DNA from: Antedon mediterranea
Lineage: Eukaryota > Animalia > Echinodermata
Direction: 5' to 3'
Assembly (NCBI RefSeq): GCF_964355755.1
Contig: NC_092679.1
Span: 7,594,201-7,658,200, forward strand
Length of the DNA: 64,000 nt
Of this stretch, positions 27,345 to 39,992 are shown one piece after another. The notes beneath the pieces were generated by a model. That model worked only from the letters and a program-made list of their open reading frames with translations. It was not told the origin of the DNA and did no database searches. The stretch's first letter is position 1; each line of letters starts with the position of its first letter. Made by a program: the position numbers and the translations under genes.

Positions 27345-29716
27345 GGTGCTGGTCAACCCGTACCCAAACCAACCCGTACCCATGCCAACTCGTACCCAAC
27401 TTGGCTAACCCGTACCCAAATAATTGGTCAACTCGTACCCACTTTGGCTAACCCGTACCCAAACCAACCCGTACCCATGCCAACTCGTACCTAAATATTT
27501 GGCTTACTCGTACCCAAGTATTTGGCTTACTCGTACCCATTATTTGGCTTTCTCGTACCCGTTATTTGGCTTACCCGTACCCGTTATTTGGCTTACCCGT
27601 ACCCATTTTTGGCTTACTCGTACCCATTATTTGGCCTACTCGTACCCAATTTGAATAATTACTTGTAATGATTTGATCGGCGCAAAACGGATGCTTTTGC
27701 CGTATGAATATTTTTATATTTAAATTGTTTTTTTATTTTACAGGTCTCGGTGAAATGTGTGCTAATAAAAAAATTAATGACCATTGATTTGATTGTAGAC
27801 TTCGTTTAATTAGGCATATATTTGTTAACATTTATTTAAATGTAGTATTATAGTTTTATAAACGTATGTTTGATGTGTCTTTTTTATTTACGTAAGAGAA
27901 AATTAATTAATAAAAAAATATTTTAACTGTTGTATAGTTAGTATTACAATTCAATTAAGCCCAGGTAAAGTACCAACAACGTATAATTTTATACTTATCA
28001 ATTTTTATTCTTTTATTTTATTCTAATTATCTTCCCTGATTGCATTCGATCAAGTAATTATTATTTCTATTGTATTTGTATGTTCAAAATTGGTTGAATT
28101 AACAACGCCCTGTTTTAAGCAAAAAGCCTGCAGGGGGCTATGGGGTCGAATTACTCGTAGATTTCGTGTTACGTGTTTTTGCTGACCGGGATTAACCTTT
28201 TATTACAAAAAACACGCATTTATAGGGCCGGCGTCAAAGAGACGACTCAGTAATGACGTATGATCGTTTTCCATATATTTTATTTATTAATAATTCAGTG
28301 AAATGATCATATACACGTACTGTCGTACTGTAAGGCAATTATTAAACATTTTGGCAGATTTTCTTCTATAACAGCTACGTACGTGTTTTTGCTGAATGGG
28401 GATTCCTCTTTAATATTAAAAAAAAACGCATTTGTACGGGTCCATTTGTATTGTGTCCAAAAATAGACAACGCAATGTGGCGTATGATCGTTTTCTATTT
28501 ATTTTTTTTCTGAAATAATTCAGTAAAATTATCTGTTTGTTTACGGTAATTAAACATTTTTGGTAAATGTTTCCTCAATAACTTACAGCTACGTGTTTTT
28601 GCTGACGAGGGATTCCCTTTTTAAAAAAAAATACGCATTCTATGTGTCAAATAAGACAAATGAATGAACTACGATCGTTTTTCCATGGCAACGGATGTCG
28701 TTATTTACTAAAATAATAAAAACGTTCTGAAGGCCTACCTACACGTGTCTGAGTACTTACGTATCTGTCAGCGATAAGATGATTTTTTTAAGTTTGTAGT
28801 ATTTATTTCGGTTTTTAGTCATAATAATAAGCTACAGTAATAATCATTATAAAATGAAAACGTAATAACAGCAAATGTCGTCGTTTGTAATTAAATGTTA
28901 AATTATTGGGAGGTTACCTTTTATTATTCTCTCACATCCGTCATTGTAAACTAGATAAACGGCAATAATCTAATCTACTACTAAGATGCTCATAGCAGCA
29001 ATGAGGCTGGTATCCACTTAAATAGTTTCGTGATTTTAAAATACGAGTGACTACTTAAAAATGTATTAAATATTTTCGAAATGTTAAAACAGTTTAATAA
29101 TTTCCAAAACTTGCAAAACAAAACAACAAAAAACATTCGTTTTAAAACGATTTTCAAAAAGCACATTACTTCATTATCTGTAAAATAAAATGAAAATACA
29201 AATTATGTATAAAAGATATTCATGTTTACTTTAATAATTCAAGTTTTCATCATCACAGACTAGTGGGTATTTCAATTTCCGTGTACTACTATTTGTAGAA
29301 AATAATAGATGAATAACTCATAAATGAAAAAAAATAGAATGCAGCACAGCCGACCACTGACATATAAAACAGCGCCCTCAAGTATTAACTTGACCAAATA
29401 CGACGTACGCAATACGATGAAAGCTGTGCTTTTTTCGTACGAGTCTGTACATATTATTATACTTTTTAGGTCAATAGTTTTTGCCATTATAATATCGAAC
29501 ATATGATTGGTATCTAAAAATTTAATAAAACTGGGTTTAAATGTAATATAAATATACTTTAAATAGCATTAAACTTGGGTACGGGCTAGCCAATGATGGG
29601 TACGGGTCAGCCAATGATGGGTACGGGTCAGCCAAAATTTTGGGTACGAGTAAGCCAAAATTTGGGTACGAGTTGGTGGGTACGAGTTGGCATGGGTACG
29701 GGTTGACCTGTATTCA
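27345..29716. mobile_element. Insertion 2: about 2.37-kb TIR element with subterminal CTCGTACCC arrays, TSD up to 9 bp CCCTGATAG (Mutator/MULE-like)
   Basis: GGTCAACCCGTACCC... at the left and GGGTACGGGTTGACC at the right. About 20-bp subterminal repeats at 27350-27650 and 29575-29708. Exact ends are ambiguous by 2-3 bp. Confidence 0.85.
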
Positions 29717-29751
29717 CCCTGATAGTATCATGGTACAGTAGGTCTAAGCCT

Positions 29752-31812
29752 GGGTAGTAACAAAGTGCGAGGCAGCGAGGCACGCGAGGCAGGGAAGGCA
29801 TGCGAGGCAAGTCAGAAATTTATGCGAGGCATCGTTTTACCATCATCAAAAAATGCGAGGCATCATTTTATCATTTCTCAAAATTGCAAGGCAGGAAATC
29901 ACCGAAATTGAAGTAGCCTAGTAGGCCTAGGCCCGCTAGGCTAGTTTCCTTTTGCACCTGCCTTGTAATTTAACCAAGGCTTTATCCTGAATACCACAGC
30001 TTAGAATTAGTAGGCCTACTTTAATGAAGAAAAATCACATAAAAGTAACAATAAATCCATTAAATTGGTGATTTTACAGACGTTGTTTTTCTCGCATTTC
30101 GCACACTCAATGTTCAATATTTTGGTTTCTATGGAACGCCAAAAGAGCAAAATTAATTAGAGGGCTAAAAACTCTGTGGAATCCATTTATATTTAACGCA
30201 TTATTTGGTGAAAATCAAGTACAATTTCAATAGATTTTGTCACTGTCAGTAAGGAAAAATGTTACTGTTGATAATGTACACGGTTTCGTTAACCTTTTAA
30301 AGAATAAAATAGAAAAATTCATCATAATATCCTTAGTAGGATGTCCTAGGTCTAGACTAGGTAGTGATGTTGATTTAGGATCGATTATTATTCTTTGAAA
30401 ACAGAAAAGTATCAGCAGTAACATATTACAACATTTTTATTGACAAATTAACAAATATATTGAAATAAAACGTGTTTTTCACCAATAAATGCATGAGAAA
30501 TTGACGCATTCCACTGAGTTTTAGTCCTCTATTATCGTTGCTCTTTTGGCGCTCCATAGAAACAAAAATATTGAACATTGAATAAGTGAAATTCGCGAAC
30601 AGTGTGCGAGAAACACGCCTGTAAAATCATTAATTTAAGGATTTATTTGTTACTTTTTATGTGATTCTTTCATTAAAGTACTCATGAGGTATACTCCTAA
30701 GGTGTGGTATTCACACGATAAAGTTAGTTATCAAATTTGGAGTAAAAATATAAGCGAAGGAAACTAGCGCCAGGTTTATTAGTACGTACATGGACAACAA
30801 TAAATAAAAATCGTTCGTAATATACCTAGCTTACTAAAACAGGAATAGTGTATCATTATTAAATATTACACCAATTATTATTTTATCAAAATTGATTAAA
30901 CTATTTTCTACATAGGCCTTTATCTAGGTTGGGGCTAAGCATATTAGCTAAAGTTTAATTTTAGGCCTAGTATTACAATTGTCGGACGTAAGTCTTTTTT
31001 CACACGCGCTCCAGAATTCTGTCGCAATTTTTTTCTTTGCGGCATGTTATTGGATTGGCATATCAGTTACCTTTTATTCACCGCCAGTTATTGAACTTGT
31101 CCTGGCAATCGCTGTTCACCTTATTTGCGAGAGAGGTACACGTGTTGTTCCTAGAGAATGGAATGTCAAAAATGTCTTTGGCACGCCGCTCAGAGAGAAG
31201 TCTGTGCGTTGCTGCTGAAACCACGTGCTATAGGAGGGGAATGCACCACAATCCTCTGAGCTGAGGGCTGAATCATTCCGCTACCTGCTAAATATTAAAG
31301 AGGGATTTTCCATCTCTCGGGTCTACCGGATCTAGGCGCAGGGGTGTGACAAAATATTATTTTCACTCTGCTATGTTCGAGAGACATGTGAGTGAACACG
31401 CTCGAAATGCCAACAAACATTGCAGTCATTTGATGAGTGTGTCGCTATAACAATTATTGTTTATCGAAAGTTGAAGACTGTCGTTCAGATTTTTGAACCG
31501 TAGTTTGGGCACTTTTGTAAAAGTAAAATTTGACACGATATGACTTGAATGAAAAAACAATCGTTACATAAAAATAAACAACATGATGAGTGTATACACG
31601 AATCTATTTAGATACGCTTGTATCGATTGATTATTAGGCCTATAATATAGCATAATAGCACGTTAAGATATGCCTCGCACCTTTTTGAAATTGTAAACTA
31701 TATGCCTCGCATGCTTCGCACTTTTGGAAATGATAAAATGATGCCTTGCACAAATATTTGGCATGCCGCGCATGCCTCGCTTGCCTCGCTGCCTCGCACT
31801 TTGTCAACACTC
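29752..31812. mobile_element. Insertion 3: 2.06-kb TIR element, 9-bp TSD TCTAAGCCT (Mutator/MULE-like)
   Basis: TCTAAGCCT|GGGTAGTAACAAAGTGCGAGGCAGCGAGGCA ... TGCCTCGCTGCCTCGCACTTTGTCAACACTC|TCTAAGCCT, with GCGAGGCA subterminal repeats. Confidence 0.9.
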
Positions 31813-31857
31813 TCTAAGCCTAGTAACCCTGATAGTATCATGGTACAGTAGGTCTAA

Positions 31858-32784
31858 CGCCCGTATTCTTAAACCGGACTTTAGTCGTAGTTCGAAGTTC
31901 GACTTGGAAAAGTCGTAGTTCGAGCTATTACTTCAAATTCGATTCAAAAACGAAGTAGTCGAAGTTTGCAGTTCGACTTAATGAAGTCGAGCTTTTAGTC
32001 GAGTTGCACACGTCTGGGTAACAAAGGCTATACATTGGCCAATGACAAGAGAGTATTTGAGGAGCAGACGAAATTTTGCGCATTGATATCACTTTCCATT
32101 TCTTACAACACTTTTTACGCATCAGGACTATATACATGAAAAATAATTTTAATCGTTAATTATTAGAACAATATCAGTATTAATTTAACAGTGAAGTATA
32201 TTTGATTAACAACAAATAAAATCTTAAAAATATATTTAGGAACCATGGCGGTACGGTAACTTTTATATTTTCTAGGACCCCAACAAAGTATGATCGCCAC
32301 GAACCACGCACTTCATAGCGTGACAAGAAAGCGCTAGGCCCCCTAAACATTCCATCGCGTGGTGAATTGCCGCATCTCCCATTGTCGCTATGGCGTGACG
32401 TAGCTCAAGTCGGACTTGCGCGAAGAAAATAATGTAATTTGTATACAGTTGTAAATAAAGATGATTTTCATTATTATAATTTATACCAATGTATATTTAA
32501 TTAAGCTAATATAAATATAGATATTTCATTCTTCAATATCTGGCCAATATAACAACTCAATGACTGTTACGTTTTTTATAAACATCGTTTAAAAACCATT
32601 TAGTCGACCATTTAGTCTGCCCCCTCCAGGACTAAAAAAATTGATCAAAATCCGTCTCCATTTAGTCGAGGTTGGCCTGATTTAGTCGGTGATTTAGTTG
32701 AAGTTCGGTTTATGAATTAAAATGACGTCATTTTTTTAGTTTTAGCTCGAACTACGACTAAAGTCCGGTTTAAGAATACGGGCG
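31858..32784. mobile_element. Insertion 4: 927-bp MITE, 38-bp perfect TIR, TAA TSD (PIF/Harbinger-like)
   Basis: TAA|CGCCCGTATTCTTAAACCGGACTTTAGTCGTAGTTCGA ... exact reverse complement|TAA. Confidence 0.93.
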
Positions 32785-33186
32785 TAAGCCTAGTAAGCCT
32801 GATAGTATCATGGTACAGTAGGTCTAAGCCTAGTAACCCTGATAGTATCATGGTACAGTAGGTCTAAGCCTAGTAACCCTGATAGTATCATGGTACAGTA
32901 GGTCTAAGCCTAGTAACCCTGATAGTATCATGGTACAGTAGGTCTAAGCCTAGTAACCCTGATAGTATCATGGTACAGTAGGTCTAAGCCTAGTAACCCT
33001 GATAGTATCATGGTACAGTAGGTCTAAGCCTAGTAACCCTGATAGTATCATGGTACAGTAGGTCTAAGCCTAGTAACCCTGATAGTATCATGGTACAGTA
33101 GGTCTAAGCCTAGTAACCCTGATAGTATCATGGTACAGTAGGTCTAAGCCTAGTAACCCTGATAGTATCATGGTACAGTAGGTCTA

Positions 33187-34264
33187 CAGTGGCGGATCTA
33201 GGATCTGACGAGGGGGGGTGGCCACGAAAGTGGCAAAGGAGGTGCGTAGCACCGAGCGGGGGAGGGCTTGCGAGTTTCCGAAAATTTTTGAAAAAATAGA
33301 TGCTTACACACTGTTTAATAGGCTAGACAAACTGTTTCCATCACACTTAATAACAAATATTACATAATGTAAATTTAAATACATCCTTCCTAAATACTGT
33401 ACGGATCTTTTTCGACGAACTAATAATAAACTTTGATCGGAAAACCTTCAAACAAAATGAACATTTGGTTGCGGTACTCCGAAAATGCCTCGATAGAGTG
33501 CATGTGTTGTGTACCGTGTTTTGGTGGTCTGTTAACCTCAGAGATATATACCCTACAGCCGGGTGAATAACTCAATGTAATTTGGTATACAATGATCGCA
33601 GTAATCGCCGTGTCTATAACACAAATCAAAAAACGCCAAATACGCCACATACTTTTTTCGGCCGTCCCGTGTACATACAAGACATTTCATGTTTATTTTA
33701 TGCCTATAAAATAATAAAAGAACACCATGTTTCTCGTTTATTTTTATCGTTTATACTGCATACCATAATATTATACAAAAAACTTTCATGCGCGAGAAAA
33801 AAGTTCCCGATATTACACTCCACTCAGGGGTGTAAATATACCACGCTAACGCTTGTGCACACACGGACCAGGCAATGGAAAATGGTGTATTTTGGAGAGT
33901 GATGACGTCAGCATTCACACGAGGAGCGAGCTTGACAACGTGACGCTGGTAGTTTTAGGAGTGCGTGTGTTTTGAAAATGGGTATTTTCCGAAGATTGTA
34001 AATCGTGTTTTCTTTTTAAACTCTTGAATTCATAATAGTAATTGAGCTCTTAGCTCTTTCACTGTGTAGGCCTATTTACACAGAACTATTAATGCTAACC
34101 CTAGCTCTAGTAGGGCCTAGCTAGCTAGGCCTACTCTTCTTAATTAAAAGATTAATCCACGTCTAGTGACGGTCAATCGCGATTAGGTTGCATCTTTTTT
34201 TTTTTTTTTTAGAATTAAGGGGGGTGGCTAGCCACCCTATTCACCCCCCCTAGATCCGCCACTG
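33187..34264. mobile_element. Insertion 5: 1.08-kb element, 16-bp perfect TIR, 5-bp TSD GTCTA (possibly hAT5-like)
   Basis: GTCTA|CAGTGGCGGATCTAGG ... CCTAGATCCGCCACTG|GTCTA. Confidence 0.9.
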
Positions 34265-36299
34265 GTCTAAGCCTAGTAACCCTGATAGTATCATGGTACA
34301 GTAGGTCTAAGGGTGTCACGAAAGCTCAGACCACGAAAGCTCAGACCCCCTAAGACCTAAGATCACGAAAGCTAAGACCCAACACCTAAGATTACAAATA
34401 TTTATCTTTCGCACCTGCCTTGTATTTTAACTCCCAACATTTATTCTGAATACCACACCTTAGAATTGGCACTTTCATGAAAAAGAATCACATAAAAAGT
34501 AACAAATACATTTTTAAATTGATGATTTTACAGACGTTTTTCTCGCACACAAAATGACTAGCCTACAGTACAGTAGGCCTACCCCATGGGCCATGTTCAA
34601 TGTTTTTGTTTCTATGGAACGTCAAAAGAGCAAAAATTATATAGAGGGCTGAAAACTCTGTGGAGTCCATCTACAGTGTGGATGGAACAATGTAAAATTA
34701 AAATTGTAATGATAATAGTATAATCATGCAAGTACGAAGAAATAAATACTGGCAAATAAATTTTAATTTAAAAATCATGATAAGTTTTTTTGTTTCGTTT
34801 TCTTTCTGTTTTTATACTTGTACTATTATTGTTGCTCTTTTGGCGCTCCATAGAAACAAAAACATTGAGCATGGTGGGAGCTCGAGGAGTTACATTGTCA
34901 TTACAGCAGTATACAAAGAAACACATCTGTAAAATCATCAATTTAAAGGATTTATTTATTTGTTATTATGTGTTTCTCCTTCTGAAAGTACTTATAATAG
35001 TCCAGTCCCTAAGGGGAGAAAAAGGGGTGGGATGTTACCAGACTGGATACAAATTTTTCAGTATAGCAGTTTGGTAGAGTATAGTGTGGAGATGCCAAAA
35101 CAAAGTTACTGGAAATCTGATTTGACCTCTGTGACCTCTGACCTCAATTTTTATATTTTTCTATTATATAACTAAAAATCGCCATATCTTGACAACGCAG
35201 GGACATTTTACATTTATTTTTTTTTCAAAATGCTTGGAAGATATATATTTATATTCGCTATAATGAAAATAATTGTACAAAAATGGCCGCAAAGGCTTTA
35301 TTTTTCAGTTTGACCTTTGACCTTGATTGCCTAATATCTCAATAACACGCAATTTCAGAGATTTGAGAATGGGCTCAAAATGTTAAGAAAATAAATCTAA
35401 TATTTAGTCTAATAGAAACTTTTTTCAAAAAATTACCATAAATCAAGCTTTTTTGACCCTTGACCTCTAATGTTTGAATATGTCAATATCTCGGTAACTA
35501 TTTGTCCTAAAAAGTTCAGTTTGGTGTCAAATTGTTTAGAATATACACATTTATATTTGCTCTAACAAAATATTTTGTCAGAATTCAATTGGAAATGTCA
35601 TTTTGAGCTAAGACCCATCGTTTTGCATATATTTAGCAATTAATAATCTAAAAAAAGAGATCGAGAGAGGGGAGGGGGTTGGGGTGGATGGAGAGACACA
35701 TATTTTTGTTACATGTTACACAAATGTTAAACTCTGTCTACACTATAACATTTTTATGCAACAAAAAAATGTGATGTGCCCATATATGGACACGATGAAT
35801 GACATATCACTACCATATTTGGGCACATCACACCTTTTTTGTTAAACTAGTTTATAGTGTAGACAAACATGTAAAAAATATGTGTCTCTCCATCACCCCA
35901 ACCACCTCCCCCTCTCTCGCTTTTCCAATGCTACTGCATGCATCTATACACATCAAGATGACCGGAATTGTACTGGAAAGTTTTTAGCTACATTTGAAAA
36001 TAAGTCCCAGAGGATGGGTGTATTGTAATGTTATCAGAATTATGGCAATTGTTTGTAATGGGAAAGTTTTAAAACTACATTTTAAATATTTGCTAATAAT
36101 ATCACATGCTATTAAAGATATACTTATTTTCCCCCTGACAAAAGTAATTTTGACAAATATTTTTGTTGAATATGCAATTTTAATGTCACACATAATAGTT
36201 TCACCAAAATTGGATTGAAAAAAAATGATATAGTGCATACCCAAAAAAACTGTAATTCAAAGCAAAAAATAGGCTGGAAGTCATTTTGTCTTTAAAGTG

Positions 36300-37000
36300 A
36301 TATTTACTCTATTTTTTAGATTAGCTCTTTGATTAAACACCTCTTCCAATGCAGTGAAGATCTTAAGTGTCGCCTTGTCTTACTAATCTTCCTTTAACTT
36401 CTCTTTGAACGATCGTAATCAATATTTGTTGAGGTATAATATTTCCCTCTAATATGGTAATGCCTGTTTTATTGAGTCAAATGCTTTCTGATAATCTCTA
36501 AATCAAAGATTTGGTGATATTCATTTCCTTTTTATTTTAGTTGATTGACAAACTGTATAAGATGGTCCTACTGTATAAAGCCTTATATATTGGTTTATTT
36601 ACTTCTAGTCGGTCTCTGATTTTGTTTTTTGATTACTTTTGTAAATTATTTGTGTACATGTGATAATGTTCGTTTGGTCGGTAATGGTTGATGTCAGTTT
36701 TGTCATGTTTTTGTGGATTAAAGTATAATTATCATTGCTTCTCTTAATTTCTTCTGGTTTCAAAGATTTTGTTGTATAGTGTTATGAGCTGGATGTGTTA
36801 TTGCCTCATCAAGCCAAGATGGTAATTTTGACTGCTCACTGGTTTGTTTTCCTTTTATATTCCACTACAGTATGTTCTTGAAAAGAAATTAGCTTTGTAA
36901 TTAATTTGTCTTTGATCCTTTTCAGATTTCTAATATTTTAAACATGTTTTTCTTTTCTTCGCTTTTTCCTCACTGTTTCAAACATTTTATTTTTTCAGCA
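36300..37000 (-). pseudogene. Degraded LINE (RTE-like) reverse transcriptase fragment inside the Academ-like element
   Basis: Minus strand near 36495-36472 reads DYQKAFDS, preceded by frameshifted GF..DH..QL..K.NEY remnants. Boundaries are approximate. Confidence 0.55.
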
Positions 37001-37078
37001 TACTTCAAGCAATTAATTGATAATTAGGTCATATGTTTTATGAGTATCAAATCGCATTGGTTAATTCTTCTTTTCTTT

Positions 37079-37624
37079 CTGTGTATTGTTCCTTTGACTA
37101 ATTCTAAAAAAATAAAAAATAAAAGATTTCGAAAAAAGGTGGCTAATTTTGAAGTATCATAATAATTATTAACTTTCACCAAAAATTTTTCGAAAAAAAA
37201 AATCATTTAACTGAAATACAGACGTTTTTTTGTTAAAAAAATAACTTTGACTTCCAGTCAAAGTTTTTGATCAAAACATATCCCATAATGAAACGCGCTT
37301 GTTTGGCTACTCTGTATGCATAATCATAAAACTTCCTTATGATCTGTGTGAAAATACCTTCTCAACCGTGACGAGTTGTAAACAATCCTAATTAGCATAT
37401 GCATAATGCATACTCATGGTTTGAAATCTTTGTTTAATTTCGCTCCCGACGATTTTCCAGATAAAATGTAATCAAACTAATTTACCTGTTAATTACATAA
37501 ACTAGTTGTTTTAGCTTGAATTTTCGACTTAAAGTGAATAACTTTAATATTACTTTGATATGGCCACTTTAAATTTAGAATATTTTGACCTTCATTTTTT
37601 TGTGTTTCAAGGGACAATACATCA
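37079..37624 (-). mobile_element. Nested Kolobok-like MITE, degenerate inverted relative of 58381-58772
   Basis: Reverse-complement match along its length to 58381-58772. Right end is AGGGACAATACATCA|TTAA. Confidence 0.75.
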
Positions 37625-38688
37625 TTAAGATCCTGATTTTCTTTCTTTTTTTTAAATGTTATTTAACTTTTAAGTTTATCTAATTTTTTGTTGATATTAA
37701 GTGTTGCTCTTACGGTGTAGGCCTACCATGCGATGGAATTATATATTGAAATTAAATTAAACATTAAGTTTTAAGAAAATTGTAAAAGGTTAAATAGGAT
37801 ATTGAATGTAGTTCTGGTCCATTAAATCTATATTTTAGGTATATTATTATAAGTATGACACACGCACGCTTAACAGTATATCCTGGTCATACCTCAAACT
37901 GGCATTTCCAGTAAAAATATGATAACATCTTCTATTAGAGCTAATATAAATGTTTACATTTTGAACATTTTGACACCAAGTTGAACTTTTTATGACATTT
38001 GGTTACAGAGATACAGACATATTTAAACATTAAAGGTCAAAGGTCAGTAAATGACATTTCCTGTGGATTTGGAAGAACATGTTTAATTAGAGTATATATA
38101 AATATGTATGCTCTTAACAATTTGAAACAAATTTCAAGAAATTTTGACCAGTAGTTATTGAGATATAGTAAGCCGAGGTCAAAGGTCAAAACATTGAGAA
38201 ATTACATTTCCGGTCGTTTTTTTTTAAAAAGTTCTATTAGAGCGAATATAAATATGTACCCTCTGATCTATTTGTCACCAATATCATTTCAATTGTCAAA
38301 CCCGTTGCAGAGATATGGCTGTTTAAGATAGAAATATAAAAATTGAGGTCAGAGGTCACAGAGGTCAAATCAGATTTCCAGTAACTTTGTTTTGGTATCT
38401 CCATATCATGTTCTATCAACATGCCAAAGGGCACACTTGTATCCACTATGGTAACATCATTTCCCCTTAGGGACTGGACTATAAGTCCTAATTTTAAAGT
38501 GTGGTGTTCAGGATAAAGTTAGTCAACAAATTTGGAGTCAAAATACAAGAAAGGCAGGTGCGTAAGAAAAACATCCTCTGAACCAACACAATGGAGTAAA
38601 TATATACCAACAAACAACCCATCAAGTTTGTTTGTTGTAAAGAAAAAATATACATTTACTCAACGGGCGAAAATAATGTGAGTTTATC

Positions 38689-39992
38689 CATGGATTAAAG
38701 AATAGAAGGATATGCATCGACGTGAGATCAAGGGTTCCTTGACTCTCGCCGACAGACCGCGGACCGCCCACAATGTTACAGTTTAATTAACCGCATGGTA
38801 ACAACGAAACGGTCGCGTGCCTAATATATTGTTTACTGCACATGTGCAACGACATTTAACCTTGTTGGCTACTACGCTTCTTTCGCGCGTTCTTTGGTGG
38901 CATGATGTTTGTAGATGGTCAACTATTGACTATGTTGGTTTCTGCCGCGATTGATCTACGCTAATGATTTTTTTATGATGATTAAAGTAGCATTTTATGA
39001 CCTGTAGTAGCCCTACATCTGAGACAATAACTATTAGTTGTCTCATTTGTTGTAAAATTACAAAATCAGCAAGAATGCTAGCCTAGCTAGGCCCAGGCCT
39101 TGTACTAACTAGGCTAAACTGGGCTAGTAAACCCTATGATTTGCCGACATTGATACTGCCTAGGTAGGCCTAGGCTAATCTTAAATACTCACCGTTGTCT
39201 TACTTCTTGTGTGAATAATAATAATAGGTAGGCCTACTTCGTTTGTTCGTGATCAAGTTTGCCCTGCGTGTACTTTTCAAAACGACCGCTAGGTAACGAA
39301 TCGCAACTATACATAGCCAGCCAATCCCGGATCAGGGATCGCTGTTTTCATTCAATTAGGCCCGGTGATTGGATGTGATGTGGATGACATAACCACTAGC
39401 CAATCACCAGGCACTACAGTTTAAATATAATCACATCGATAATTAAGGAGATTTATGAAGAAACCACTGCTTAGCCATATATTAAAAAACACGATTGTTG
39501 TATGTCTGAACACCGGCCACGCTAACAACATACATGGTCAAATGCATAATTTAATATTCTATAGATTAACGCAATTTTTAATGACAGAAGATGGCAGGCA
39601 AATAATGATAATTCAAATATAAAAATGGCATATTTTATTAATATTACCAACTACCTAAAATTACCAGTCGTAAGAAAGTGAACTTTTCGTAGTCCGATTG
39701 TGATGAAACTAAAACAGAATTATTCAGCAATATATGTTTGTTATCAATTAATCATCGACGCAGACATGTCAATAGAACATTCAGACTGCGCATACGATTT
39801 CTACATGGTTACGTTTTGGTCTCAAAAAATGTAACAGTTGATTCGCAGCGTTTTACAGAGGGCCGCGGTTAGAGACACGGAGTTCAATGAACGTGTTTGT
39901 TTGATTGGCAGCAGTGCTTTAGTATAGGCAAGCGCGTTGTAAAATCGTTTGATGTCACCGTCGATGCATATCCTTCTATTCTTTAATCCATG
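38689..39992. mobile_element. Nested P-element-like MITE, 34-bp perfect TIR, 7-bp TSD GTTTATC
   Basis: GTTTATC|CATGGATTAAAGAATAGAAGGATATGCATCGACG ... reverse complement|GTTTATC. The empty site with a single GTTTATC is seen on the minus strand at about 52809-52815. Confidence 0.9.

Larger units (their letters stand above)
34998..38481. mobile_element. Nested Academ-like non-autonomous element, long imperfect TIRs, TAA TSD
   Basis: TAA|TAGTCCAGTCCCTAAGGGGA ... TCCCCTTAGGGACTGGACTA|TAA. Inverted similarity continues about 600 bp. Absent from the sister host copy at about 53010. Confidence 0.85.
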
